Below, one piece after another: positions 1 to 12,689 of a DNA stretch of 64,000 nucleotides (position 1 is its first letter; each line of letters starts with the position of its first letter). Both the position numbers and the translations under genes were made by a program. The notes beneath the pieces were generated by a model. It had not been told where the DNA came from. It saw only the letters and a list, made by a program, of their open reading frames with translations, and searched no databases. Source of the stretch: Lytechinus pictus (lineage: Eukaryota); contig NC_087258.1 in the NCBI RefSeq assembly GCF_037042905.1, positions 24,552,001 through 24,616,000 on the forward strand, given 5' to 3'.

Positions 1-821
1 GTTAATTTATATAGCTATCCTGTTAACGATTACAAAAAATAATTAAAATTTTCCATTCTTTCTTTAGAAAATTCAAAAATTTTCAGCTTGCGCTTCGCGC
101 TCGCATTTTTTGATTGTTGACATATGTAACGCCTTCATGGCTAAGTGCAAGCAGTCCTTAACAGGTACCAGTTCAAAACGTATATAAAAAATTTGTGCTC
201 GCGCTTTGCGCTCGCATTATTAATACTCATCCTTTTCAGGATTTACAAAACATGTATAGAGTGTCTCGTTCAGTAAATATTATAGGACTAAATCTCGAAA
301 TTTTCCGCTCGCACTTCGCGCTCGCATTAATTGTTTACTTATATACCTATTCTGTTTGAGTTACAAAAAGTTCTTAGAATTTCCATTCTTTAGGTGAAAA
401 TGTCAAAAAAAAAATTCAGCTCGCGCTTCGCGCTCGCATTATTTGATTGTTAAATGCTACTTTAATAGGTATCTTGTCCATCAGTTCATTTCTGGTCGCG
501 CTTTGCGTTCGTAGTAATTATTAAGTTGCATACACATCTTTTTCAGGATAACAAACATTGCCCAGAATCAGTTCAAATTTTAGGAAAAAATACATAAACT
601 TATTCCAAAAAAATTAGCTCGCGCTTCGCGCTCGCATCATATAAATAAGGATTATGATATTATATATTAATTTATAAGAATAAAGCTAAGAAGTGACTAA
701 TGAGGACTGCCCCTTCAAAGAAACAAACAAAAATCATCTTCGAGCTGCCAATCGGGGAAAATATGGCTGAAACAAATTTCCGTCCCCCCCCCCCTATTGG
801 CGAAGGCTGGATCTGCCCCTG
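1..821. mobile_element. Right part of a non-autonomous hAT-like element with internal GCTCGCGCTTCGCGCTCGCA array
   Basis: About six motif copies spaced 80-120 bp apart; the element ends in GGATCTGCCCCTG at 821 and is related to 2065-3576. The left end lies outside the window. Confidence 0.65.
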
Positions 822-889
822 TGTCCCCCCTACCTTTTGTGAGAGATTTCCGCCCCTGCGGCTATATGGGACACTTACCTTTACATATT

Positions 890-1477
890 CCCGGGGGGGG
901 GGGCACTTCCATTGACGAGTGGATACCATCATGCGCGATCACGGTAAAGCTCCCTAAACAAGTATTTTCCATATTCTGAAAATACACCCCTTAACCATAT
1001 TGGCGTGTGAAACCGTATTGGTAAAACAAGTATTGGAAACAAAACGATATCCTTGGTAAGTATTTGAACCCCTAAACAAGTACAGCGATATTTTAATTGT
1101 TATATATATGTCACGGACGATCGGTCGTCGGTTTTACCCCGTTTTATATACCTTTACCTACGTCATTGGGTATACGACCCCATGCACCTCCCACACCTCG
1201 CGCAAATCGGACTTTAAACACGTTGTGTTGATTGTTGGGGCAAAAAGTACATCCTTTGTTAAACATTTTTGTCTTGTATACCCTCGCATATTTGACCCTT
1301 AACACGTAGCTTTCAGTGCGAAAGAGATATACCCTTTTTCATTATTTTAGTGTTTTTGACATCCTTATTACGTTACGTACGTAACGTGCCCTATCTTGAA
1401 AAAGACATAATTTTTACGTGTTTTTTTTTGGTCGCGCATGGTATCCACTCGCCAATGCAAGTGCCCCCCCCCCCGAG
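890..1477. mobile_element. MITE with CCCGGGG termini and ~45-bp imperfect TIRs
   Basis: TIRs cccgggg..gcacttccattgacgagtggataccat and atggtatccactcgccaatgcaagtgcccc..cgag; flanked by direct repeat ACATATT (883-889 and 1478-1484). Confidence 0.85.
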
Positions 1478-2064
1478 ACATATTCAAGCAATTCGAACGC
1501 GGCGATTTGGAGATTTATTGTGAAACTGGGGGGGGGGGGCGAGCACAACCCTCATCAGTCATCAGACGGGATTACCATCCATGAGCATGTTTTAATTATG
1601 CTTTCAGAAATATACTATATTTTAATAGGGGTCTCCCCACAAAGGTGGGGGTTAAAAAAATATATGTGACATCCATGAAGAAAGGGAGTTCAGCGTTTCA
1701 TGAAAAGACTTGTCGGAAGACTTTTCCGACAAAAAAACAATTTTTATCCGACAGTTACCATGGAAACGTGCCTCACAGCCAGTCAGAATCAAAGAAAGTA
1801 GTCAGATCTGACAACTTGTCGGACAAAAGATGTTGATGAAAGACACAAGCTTTTAGGTAATTGTTATTTCCCCCCTCTTTTTGGTGTAGGTTTTCTATCT
1901 TCCTTTCTTTTTCTTTTCTTTTCTTTATTGCGCCACGAGCATCTTTTTATGATGGATACCGGAGCATTACAAATGTTCATACTATTATTTATTATTATTA
2001 AACGTCTCCAGAAGGACAATTCCGGTGTCGAACTAAATAGCGCCCCTTTCAGTATAGACATTGT

Positions 2065-3576
2065 CAGTGGCGTAACTACGGGGGGGGGGCATGGGGGGGG
2101 CACGTGCCCCCCCCCCCCCCAATCGGCTGGCCAAAAAAAAAAAAAAAAAAAAAACGGGAGAAAAGGGAGAAAAAGAGGGAGAAGAAAGAAACGTAGTGGG
2201 AAAGAAGAATTTATTGTACATTATAATGTTAAATTATATTATATGTTGTGTTATATTACATAAGAATTATTTTTTTCATAACTTAATGAAACATAATGTG
2301 CTCAGGGCCTATTTGTACATTATTCCTGGTACTAGCATTGTCTGTTTAACGATATATACATGTACAATCATGTTGTACCAAAACGTCCTGTTTTCAAGTC
2401 AATATGCACCAAATATATATCATCGCACTTCGAGTTATTATTGTTTTATGTAGTGACATATGCTTCTTTTCATGACTACTTAAAGTGATAGCCCCATTTT
2501 AAGGTCTGTATATAAAAAAAATCGTGTTCGTGCTTACGTTCGAATTAGTGGATTGATGAGATATGTCTGCTCTTCATGAATTCCTGAAATCGGTCCTTAA
2601 AATGTCTCTTTTTCTAATGTAAATATCAAAAATTTTCAGCTCGCGCTTCGCGCTCGCATCATTTGTTTAGTGAAATAGGTATGGTCATAGTAGATTCCTA
2701 CAAACAAGCCTTAGAATGCCCCTCTTCAGATCTGAATTTCCTATATTTTCAGCTCGCACTTTGCGCTACTGAGATGCGTATGATAACAAAAAGACTACAA
2801 AAAGCTCTTCATGTGTTTGAATGTGGTTCTAACAAAATCAGCAATCGCTTGGCACTCGCATTGGATGACTATGGTGAGATATGTATACTCTTAATGGATT
2901 CAAAACAAGAAATAGTCCCTAAAATGTCCCTGTTTGGGGTCAATATATACAAAATTTTCAGCTCGCGCTTCGCGCTCGCATCATTTTGTACGTGAAATAC
3001 GTATGGTCTCCGTAAATTCCTACAAACAGGCCTTAAAATGCTTCTCTTCAGGTCTGAATTTCCTAAATTTTTAGCTCGCGCTTCGCGCTCGCAATATTTG
3101 ATTAGTGAGATGCGTATTTTAATCATGATTACAATGACTACAAAAGATGTTTCATGTTTTCTAACAAAATCAGCAAGCGCTTGGCACTCAAATTAGATGA
3201 GTATGGTGAGATATGTATTCTCTTATTTGTTTTCTAAAAATAGTCCTAAAACTGTCTCTGTTTGGGGTCAATAAATACAAAAATTTCAGCTTTGTTTGTT
3301 TAGCGAGACAGATACGTATTTTTAATTTTTTATATAATTTCTTATTTTGACCCTTTTTAGGTATGAATTTCAAAAATTTTCAGCTCGCGCTTTGCGCTCG
3401 CATCATTTGATCAGTGAGATACATTACATATCCGTTTAATGGCACAGTCCTTAAAATGTCTCTATATAAGGTCAATAGGCCTATACCTAGTAATTGAGCG
3501 CGCTTTGCGCGCTCACTGAGCGACTCAAAATTTTTGCTGGTGCCCCCCCAATGCCGTGACCCACGGTACGCCACTG
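2065..3576. mobile_element. Non-autonomous hAT-type element with internal tandem array
   Basis: TIR CAGTGGCGTA/TACGCCACTG; perfect 8-bp TSD GACATTGT (2057-2064 and 3577-3584); about eight internal GCTCGCGCTTCGCGCTCGCA-like motifs. Confidence 0.92.
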
Positions 3577-4172
3577 GACATTGTAATCTAGTGTGTTCAT
3601 ATCAACATGAGATGGTCACAGTTTTCGAAGCTTTTTTTTTGCAAGTCTGAACTACAGCACCTTATTCGCCATAATGAGACTAGTCTGTAACCTTTGACTA
3701 AAATGTTGTAGTGGGATGTTTAGGCCTGAGTCCATATTGCTAAAAAAATTAATAGGACCATTTTGAGTAATGAACAGGAGTAATTAAATTTGCATGTTAT
3801 TTTCCACATTCAATTTAGTCTGTGTGAATGGTAAGCCCTATCTTGGCAAGTTTTCATTTTATCCGGTATTCATCCATCGTTAATAAATAATCAAATGAAA
3901 TGAAAATGAAATTAACATTAGATTAATTGAATTATATATAGGGATTTAATAATCCTCTAGCACATATCAGCACCACCGAACTCTTTATACTTGTGATGTA
4001 AGTGTTTTTTTTACTTCAAAATGATCACTCTCTTCGATTTTATTCTGAATAAACAGTCTCCTCTAGGACTATATCTCGTTGTATATTCAAGGGGAAGTTA
4101 ATCCTTCATTACTAACAACATTTTCAAAATGTAAACCAAACATGGGCGCCATCAGTAAATATAAGGTATCCA

Positions 4173-4443
4173 GGGCCCCATCTTACAAAGAGTTACGATT
4201 GATCCGATCAATCGTAACTCTATGGAAATCCATCATTGTCATAATTTTTTCTACAGGAAATTTGCACAATGCCTTTGTAAACAAAGAGAAGCGCAGTGAA
4301 TTTTCAAGAAGCAATAAATGCATGAATATACATCATAGCTAGAAAATATTTTGAACAGACGTGCATAATAGATGTTGATGTTGCTGGCCGTCCATAGTTG
4401 CGATTGATCAGATCATTCGCAACTCTTTGTAATATGGGGCCCC
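4173..4443. mobile_element. Palindromic MITE (PIF/Harbinger-like), copy 1
   Basis: Reads GGGCCCCATCTTACAAAGAGTTACGATTGATC...CAACTCTTTGTAATATGGGGCCC; a closely similar copy lies at 59555-59833. Confidence 0.8.
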
Positions 4444-5550
4444 GATATAACATAACGATTAAAAAATAGGTATTCCTGGACTCGTTTCTACTTTTGTTTT
4501 GGAAAACTTTGTCAAAACAAAATTTTGACCTAAACTATATACATCAACATAGTTAGTGAATGTATCAAAGTCGTCATTTCCCGTCCCTATATATACGCAG
4601 ACGCTGATCCAGGGGGCCGGAGCGCCTCGGCCCCCTTTCTTATTGGCCGAACAAAAAAAAAAAAAAAAAAGAGGCGGAGAGAAAAGGAAGAGAAAAATAG
4701 GAAGGAGAGGAAAACATATTATAAAGAAGAAGAAAACTTTATAGAGTAAGGGGGTGGAGGGAATTAGAAAACAGAAAATCATTCACGTCGCCACAATATA
4801 ATATATAAAGATAAAATTTGCGCTCACTCTTCGCGCTAGCACCGTATACACTTATTTAAAACATATCCTCTTCATTAATTCCTATATAAACAGTCATTAA
4901 AGTTGCTTATTCGGGTCAATATAAAAAAAAAACAGCTCATGGAGTGACAAAAACATCCGTTCATGATAACAAACAATGACATTCCTTTATATTATGTCTA
5001 TATATATACAATAGTTTCAACTTGCGCTTTGCGCTCGCATCATTATTATTTTTTTTTTTTTTAAATGAGAATGTGGAAAATGAATTCAATTCAATATCTC
5101 GTCCTATATGAATATCTATTCTTTTTTCAAAAGTAAAGATATCTTACATATCAACTTCAGTCTTTATGTATTTTATTCGACAATGTCGGATCCACCCATG
5201 TCTATCCGTAGTACTTAATCACAAACGCACATCTCCTCAAGTACCGGACTTACGTCTATATAGTTCTTATTGTTCAAGTGAAAGTTTTCGGTGTTTGCCT
5301 ATAGGACTATAAGGCCAGTCACGCCCGACTCTTTAAACAAAAGCTCGGTTCTGTGAAAGACAGAAATGATGTCAGGCCAGTGCTGGCTAGTACCACGGAC
5401 CTATACAATAGGTCCATGCTGATACCAGGGTATACATGCAAGTTTATTTTAAGGATATCAATTTAAGGGCATTTAAAAGGGAAGTTCGGAACTATTCTGT
5501 AAGCATTTATGAACTAGTTTCTCTGGATAGATGATCAATTATTCGGCCTG

Positions 5551-7864
5551 ATGAAGCAATTAGTTCTACTTCTCCTTCTCGGCTTCGCCGGTTTTTCATC
5601 GGCCCAAGTTTTCGGATTTGGTGGCTGTCCTGAGGTGCGTTTAGCCGAGGACTTCCAGCTTGACCGCTACCTGGGTCGTTGGTATGAAATCACAAAGTTC
5701 TACGCTTCCTTCGAGGCTGGTCTTTCGTGCGTGACGGCCGAGTATCGACCAGGAGATGATGGTCAAATCCTTGTCATCAACACCGGACGAACGCGAGATG
5801 GCGAGGCGACGAGCACCATTCTGGGGGAAATCCTACAACCTAACCCGGACGAAGGAGCAAAGCTGCAGGTCCAATTCTTTAACAGACCTGGTAAGTTTTT
5901 GTTCATCATTCTCACCAACAATACGAGATGTATCTTTTTAAACCGTATTCACATTATTCTAGGGAGTCTAAAATGCGAATTTGATTCTGACGAAGAAAAA
6001 ATAGGAGAAGAATAGAAGAAAAGACAAAAGAGCTAAAATGATATCCTTTTCTGAATATGCCTCTATCACAAATTAGATTTCCATTTTCAAAAAGATTATT
6101 TTTGCTCGATCTTTGATCGCTCGCATTTTTTCATACAGTGTGCCACCTTTTGGCGTGCCCCAGGGCTCACGACTCGGTCCCTTGCTTTTTGCATTATACA
6201 CAAGTAGCCTTATTAATAGCACTCAAAATAATTTTCCCGAAGTTTCTTGTCATTGTTATGCCGACGACACACAATTGTATATATCTTTTAGGCCATCTTC
6301 TATACCTCTGCAGACACAAGTGTTTCAAGGCTAGAACAATGTATCATTTTTATTCGTAGCTGGATGCTCAATAATAATCTGAAATTAAATGATAGCAAAA
6401 GTGAGTTTTTGCTCATTGGCGCCTCACAGCAGATCTCTAAAATTGATATCAACTGTATAAAAATTGGAGTATCCAATGTCAACCCATCTGATACTGCAAG
6501 GAATTTAGGAGTTTATTTTGATACAAACCTCAATATGGAAACCCAAGTCACGGATGTATGCAAATCAACATATTATCTCCTCTATATAACCTTCGGCGCA
6601 TTCGCAAATACTTTGATCAAGAAAGTATCAAACTGGTGGCACATGCTCTGATTACAAGTAAGCTTGACTACTCTAATGGTTTGTTGTTTGGAATGCCTGA
6701 TAATCTTATTTCTAAGTTACAAAGAGTCCAAAATTCATGTGCAAGACTTATCTACCGTGTCCCAAAGTTCAGTTCCACTACACCTCTTCTGAGAGAACTC
6801 CACTGGTTGCCTGTACGTCAAAGAATTTCATTCAAAATTCTGTTAATTGTATATAAATCATTAATCGGTCAAGCCCCACATTACATTACATAATTACACA
6901 AACTTAAAACCCAATCACACAGTCGAAGCCTGCGAAGTTCCACAGATAAATTATTGTTTCAGATCCCATTTCACAAAACAAAAGTCATACTTGGTGATCG
7001 TGCATTTGCACTTGCTGCCCCCCCCCAAAAAAAAATATATATATAAATATATATTTTTAATGTATAAACAGTTCGTTGAAGAACAGAGTAATGTGATGGT
7101 GAAAGTTGTAAAGATCCAAACTTGTTCAATGTTGTATACAATAATTATGAACAAGCATTACTATTTTCACAATGAGGGAGAGGAAGAGTAATTACCTCAG
7201 CCCCTGGCCAGCAATGCACCCAAAAAGAAAAGAAAGAAAGAAAGAAAGAATCAAACAAACAAAACGCAATCTCATTTTGTATACCGATGTTTAAATATTT
7301 CCACCGTCTGTTTTCCATCTTTCAGGGCAAACAGGCGAGTACTGGGTTCTAGATGTGGACTATGACAGTTATGCTCTGGTACACGGATGCACAGAAATCT
7401 TCTTTGGTTGGTTTAACTTCCAAAACAACTGGGTTCTCGCCCGTGATCCGTTCCCGTCTGAAGACGTCATCCAGAATGCTTTGAGAAAGTTTGGAGAACA
7501 GGGCATCAATGTGGACAAGTTCATCAGAGCCGATCAAACGAACTGCGAGACAGAACCACCACGTCCAACAGAGAGGCCTGGTACTTATAGACCACGCCCA
7601 TCCGAAGGCACTGACAGACCACGCCCCTCAGAGGGAACCGACAGGCCACGCCCATCCGAAAATCCTGACACTGAAAGACCACGTCCATCAGAAGGCACTG
7701 ACAGACCACGCCCCTCAGAGGGAACCGACAGGCCACGCCCATCCGAAAATCCTGACACTGAAAGACCACGTCCATCAGAAGGCACTGACAGACCACGCCC
7801 CTCAGAGGGAACCGACAGACCACGCCCTACAGAGCCACCAGCATCTGAAAGACCGCGCCTTTAA
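5551..7864 (+). CDS. Apolipoprotein D-like lipocalin 1 with C-terminal Pro/Arg/acidic tandem repeat; exons 5551-5890 and 7326-7864; 292 aa
   Basis: Signal peptide MKQLVLLLLLGFAGFSSA|Q. Lipocalin motifs YLGRWYEI, YWVLDVDYDSYALVHGC, WVLAR and DQTNC; four Cys in ApoD spacing. Phase-1 intron: GTAAGT donor at 5891, pyrimidine tract + CAG acceptor ending 7325. The spliced frame is open (879 nt) to TAA at 7862-7864. Confidence 0.93.
6139..7019 (+). mobile_element. Degenerate non-LTR retrotransposon (L2/CR1-group) reverse transcriptase fragment in the intron of lipocalin 1
   Basis: Motifs GVPQGSRLGPLLFALY, CYADDTQLY, LKLNDSKSEFL, ARNLGVYFD, LITSKLDYSN, LQRVQNSCARL and LRELHWLPVRQRISFKIL are spread over three frames (frameshifted). 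Confidence 0.92.
7588..7835 (+). repeat. Coding minisatellite: 27+27+33 nt subunits forming an 87-nt higher-order unit, about 2.7 copies
   Basis: Reads (RPRPSEGTD)(RPRPSEGTD)(RPRPSENPDTE) twice, then two more 9-aa units. The two 9-aa subunits use different synonymous codons, and that pattern is preserved between higher-order copies. Confidence 0.95.
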
Positions 7865-8929
7865 GAATTGTAGTCGTTAACATGCGACATCCTACATTGT
7901 ATGATTCCTAGCACTAACGGACAAAGGTCAACATGACCTGAACAAACTGACGAAAATTATCACATTCTATAAATAATGATAGATGAAGAAAAGAAACAAA
8001 AAAGGATGAAAGAAAGAAACAAAAAAATGAACGATCACAAATATTTCAGTTTCATTTTCTGTTTTAAATTTTCCATTTATTTTCAAACATTATCACTTAT
8101 TCTAATTTGTGTTACTCTTCCGTTGTTACCTTTGATATTTTGTATAGCCTCCTTTTCCCTCCTTTTAAACTGTCTCCCGTCTCTCCTTTATATTATAATT
8201 TTGTAATATACGTACTGAAACTAAGTTACGGGGGCTTGCCTCTCATACAAGCTTTGCTTTTCTTGGCAAGCCCCTCCGTTCTGTTTTATATAGTCATTAT
8301 AGTCAAAGTTACTTTAGTTCGCATTAGTTCTCATTGTTTATAACTTACTCCGATTGATGTTGTACTTCAAATTTGACTATGTATTGTTTGATTTTGTTGT
8401 GCTTTGTGAACGGAAAATGAATAAATCTAAATCTAAAATCTAAAAACATAATTATGGGCCCATACCATAAGTCTTAAACACGAGTTTCTAAATGTATCCA
8501 GATCTGCTGTCGTGACTAGCTAGCTGATCCCTGGATTTAAACTTTCAAGGTTCGGTTAATAAGATTTGAATCATAATTATTTGAGATTTGAAAATTTATC
8601 ATTCGGATGAAATTTGAATCCAGAGTCCAACCAGTATAAAACGTGTCCGGTCTGGATTTAGCTTAAATACCTGTAATTTAGAGACATTAATTATTGACAG
8701 AAGGTACAGCGTTTAATGTCACCGTTTGTTATTTTTTTCGACGAAGGGAACCGGTTTTCCTTGAAAAAAATACTTCACTTTTGTTGAGTGCACGTGTCGA
8801 TAGTATGAGATTGTATTAATTTGCTTTGAAGCTTCATAAATAAGTATGAATTAAAGAAACAACTTGGTCAAATTGAAATTGGTATTATCAACTTATTTTC
8901 GCTGGTATTGTTGTATTACGATTCCTTAT

Positions 8930-9088
8930 GCTGCAGTCACATTTCCCCTACGGCGGCCGTACGGCGAGTCGAAAACAGCCGTTTTGTTCATTTTTATTCA
9001 AACTACCTATTGTGTACCTGTACAAAAAATGATAAAACGGCTGTTTTTGACTCGCCGTAAGGCTGCCGTATGGGAAATGTGACTGCGC
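8930..9088. mobile_element. Short palindromic MITE
   Basis: Arm GCAGTCACATTTCCCCTACGGCGGCCGTACGGCGAGTCGAAAACAGCCG pairs with CGGCTGTTTTTGACTCGCCGTAAGGCTGCCGTATGGGAAATGTGACTGC. Confidence 0.8.
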
Positions 9089-10207
9089 CATTGGTGGGTT
9101 GTAATGAGATAATAAGGGGATGTCTCTTTTGTTGACGGAATATTTATGTTTCCATTTTGTACGTTCGAGACCAATTTAGTTCTGAATAGTGTAGGGGCGG
9201 GGTTACAGTGGTGCAATCGTCAGGAAAAGGAGAAAAGGAAAAAGAAGGAAAGAAAGATAAAAGAAAGAAAGAAAAAAAAAGGGAAGCAAAGAAAAAGAAG
9301 AGTGTTTAAAATGAGAATTTGGGTCGCTTAACCAATAGTACCCGTGTTATTCAATTGAGGGGGAGGGGAATAGGTCACATTTTAGGTCGCTTTGCCGCCC
9401 CTATAAAAAATACACTGTAGAATATAAGATAATAAGGGCGCTTTTTCTGGATTAATAACAGTGATTTCTGAACTCAACAAAAAGTTTCTGCCTTGTCACA
9501 CCCAAACTTAAACTTTTACCAGTAGCATAATGGAAGGAAGGAGGAAGGAGAAAAATGCATAAGAAGAATAGGAAGTAGTAGTAGAAGAAAGGGAGTGAGA
9601 GATGGGTGAAATAATAATTATAGAGAACATTATGTGTGTCGGTGTGTAGATGAGTGAGAGAAAGAAAGTGGGAGAGAGAGAGAGAATGAGAGAATTCGGA
9701 GAGAAAGGGGGATTGACAGTGCATGAACTAAAGAAATTGACATTAAGAATAGGAAAGGCCGGGGGTAATGTGGATGAACGAAATTAAGAACAATAGACAA
9801 AAATAAAAAAATCAGATTGATTAAAATTCAACTCAAATAATTAAACTTATTCTGACCATTTTTTAGGCTAGGCCTATATCTAATATATAATTATAGCTCC
9901 CAATGCCCTTGTGATGGATATATTGTATATAAATTGTAGATTTTCGAGTGTATTCGTTTCTTCCTCATTACGTAATCTGATGGCATGTCCCTTGTCTCTT
10001 TAAACCCCCTTTGTCATTCTTTATTGACGGAACATGTTGATGTTTACTTTCCCTTTGTGTACATATCGCTATACGGTACCATACTGTGACAGCGTATGGT
10101 ATAAAAAACGTGACATCAATCGGGGGAGGGGCAAGACTATCTGTGACGTCATTTTCCCAAATTGAATAAATATGATCATGATGATGGGGTAATAGAGTTA
10201 CACAACC

Positions 10208-10598
10208 CAGAGGCCTGTTTCATAAAGAGTTACAACCAGTGGTGGATCAAGGGGGGCATATCCGGCCCGTGCCCCCCTTAAAAGCCATAATCAAAATTTT
10301 AAATGTAAATATGCCGTTCTTACACAAGTGTGCCCCCCCCCCCTTATGTTGCTCATACACAAGTGCGGACTTTTTTTTTTGCTTGTCAATTTTTCCCCGG
10401 GATAATGTGCCCGTGTCTCCCCCCCCCCTCCTGGAAAATCCTGGATCCACCCCTGGCTACAATTATGGTAACTTCGCAATTATGGCAACTACCATGGTAA
10501 CAGGGCTCTCATCAACCCAATCATACTCAAGGTTTCTGTGGGAGTTACAATTATGACAAAGTTACCGTAGTTGTAACTCTTTGTGAAATGGGCCCCAG
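10208..10598. mobile_element. Harbinger-like MITE interrupted by a nested hAT-like MITE (10237-10455)
   Basis: Outer arms TTTCATAAAGAGTTACAAC and GTTGTAACTCTTTGTGAAA; inner element CAGTGGTGGATC..GATCCACCCCTG with degenerate 8-bp TSD GTTACAAC/GCTACAAT. Confidence 0.75.
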
Positions 10599-11647
10599 AT
10601 ATATTTATTTCTTCCAGTTTCTTCCTATTGTTTTTTTACTTATTCCTCCCATTTTTGTCAGATATCCTAGTTCTTGAAAAACCGAAGAGAGGGCAGTCGC
10701 CCCAGGTCCTTTTATCGCCGCCCCCTGGGGATTGATATTTTCAATCGATATCAGAAGAATTCAGTTTTGGGTTTACTAAAAAAAAGGGGGGGTCTTTAAA
10801 TTGAATATTTTTCAGGACATAATCAAGCATTGCAACAAGAAATTTGAACAAATCTGCATTCCAGATACTTCGATCAGGGTGGGGCACTGCTATACATATG
10901 GGGGGGGGGGTGTTGTCATGGAATTCGACCTAAATCTAAAAAAGTTCCATGACCGTTAAAAAATAAAAATAAGGAGAAAAAACGAAAAGGAAGGGGAAAA
11001 TGTTAAATTGTGGTTTTATTTTCTGATTATCAAGTCAAATTTTATCACAAATTAAAAATTGCCAATATTTTTACTCGCTCGCGAAGTTTGCCCGCTCGGG
11101 AATTTTTTTAATAAAATTTCGTCACAGACCACATGTTGTGTCCCCCATCTGTAATTTTTTTTGCTCGATATGGATTTTAGAATTCAGTTTTATAGGGAAT
11201 GGAATGTCGAGGAGAGAATTTAGTGCATAGCGGGTACAATATTTGAAGGTGCGATGTGTAATTAGCGATTTCAAATGATTTAGGGCTTTTATATTATTCA
11301 TTTTGAATACTAGTAAACAGTACAGTGGTGCTTTAGTCTATGATAAACGGATTGACATAATTTTCATATCATAAAGATGCCAGATCTCCCTGTGGCCAGT
11401 TACACTAAACTTAGCAATGACCGTAGAACATCTTTCTACGACTGGTTCCATATACTACACTGTACAATCAATCGTGAAAATCAAGCGTACGATCAATCGC
11501 TAACCTTTGTGTAACGGAACCCTTATCATACTGCTCTTCCTTCTCTTTTCTCCCTTCTTTTTTTTCACCTCTTTTTCTCGCCCTGTTTCAGGACTTGGAA
11601 ATATCATCAGAAGGTCGCCGCTGCCCCTCCATATATGACACCGCCCT

Positions 11648-11897
11648 GTAAAAAGGCCATGCCAGAGAGCAGGGTTTCAATTTAAAAAAAAAATTAAAAA
11701 CATAGCAATTTTTCTTCATGAAGTTTATTGTAAGCCAATTAAATTAATGTTTGTGTATAAGCTATGTATGTGTCAAAAAGCCATTCCAGAGAGCAGGGTT
11801 CCAATTAAAAAAAACTTTTTAAAAAAGATAGCAATATCTCTTCATGAAGTTTATTGTAAGCCAATTAAAGTCAATGTTTATGTACAAGCTATGTATT
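11648..11897. repeat. Tandem duplication of ~127 bp
   Basis: GCCAT.CCAGAGAGCAGGGTT..CTTCATGAAGTTTATTGTAAGCCAATTAAA..AAGCTATGTAT is present twice. Confidence 0.85.
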
Positions 11898-12309
11898 AAT
11901 ACTCTGACGCCAAATGAGGCAATGTTTCGGCCGAAAAAAGCATTCATTTATGTTCCTTAGTATATGTCTTATTTTGCGTTGGTTTTAGCCTTATTTTTGT
12001 TTTTGCAACTTGTGCTCTTTCCACTTTTTTATAAAGAAAAATGAAGGAAAAAAAAAATGAGTAGTCTAGAAAATATATATATAATCAGAATTAGAATGCA
12101 AACGCCGTAAAAATAAACACCAACCATTGCACATTTGTTATCATAACAAGTTTTATGACATGGGCCCCATAAATATTCTAGAAAGACAGAGGGGAGTGAG
12201 AGAAAGAATGAGAGAGAGAGGGAGAGAGAGAGAGAGAGAGGGAGAGAGAAAGCCTTGAGGGAGAGAGAACATGGAGAATGAAACAGAGAAAAGGAGCAAG
12301 AGAAACAGA

Positions 12310-12689
12310 TACCCCTTTCATAAACCCAATTATGCGGCTAATAGCAGCATAATTTGGTCGTAAAATCGGAGGAGGACCAGAGTTATCCGCATTATTTTGA
12401 TGCTGCAATTATCCGCATAATAGCAGCATCGGGACAAGATTTTGAGTTTATGAACGTATTTCCAAATAATGCGGATAATTGCCATGGTGCGGTCACAAGG
12501 TCACCCTTTTCCAACACAACCGCATCGGAGGGGGCGTGTCCAGTTGTCATGACGATTATCCGCCTTTTTCAGGACGGGCGCTCGTAAAAATAATGCGGAT
12601 CATTTTCGGAGTTTGTGAACGCAATTTTTATTGAATTATCCGCATTACTATTAGGCGGCTAATTGGAGGATAGGTTTATGAAAGGGGTA
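12310..12689. mobile_element. MITE inserted in a (GA)n-rich tract
   Basis: Perfect 17-bp TIR TACCCCTTTCATAAACC/GGTTTATGAAAGGGGTA; internal ATCCGCAT/ATGCGGAT repeats. Confidence 0.85.

Noticed and set aside
80-3520. Regularly spaced GCTCGCGCTTCGCGCTCGCA motifs resembling a CRISPR array
   Set aside because: Spacers are about 100 bp and homologous to each other, the main array sits inside a TIR/TSD-bounded element, there are no cas genes, and the context is eukaryotic.
6113-6893. Reverse transcriptase as an active or domesticated gene, or a retron-like system with the lipocalin
   Set aside because: It is truncated, frameshifted at least twice, has no endonuclease or ORF1, and is an ordinary dead LINE fragment.
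7491-7880. Overlapping repeat ORFs in other frames and strands (7491-7880, 7524-7823, 7585-7785)
   Set aside because: These are shadow frames of the coding minisatellite, whose unit lengths are multiples of three.
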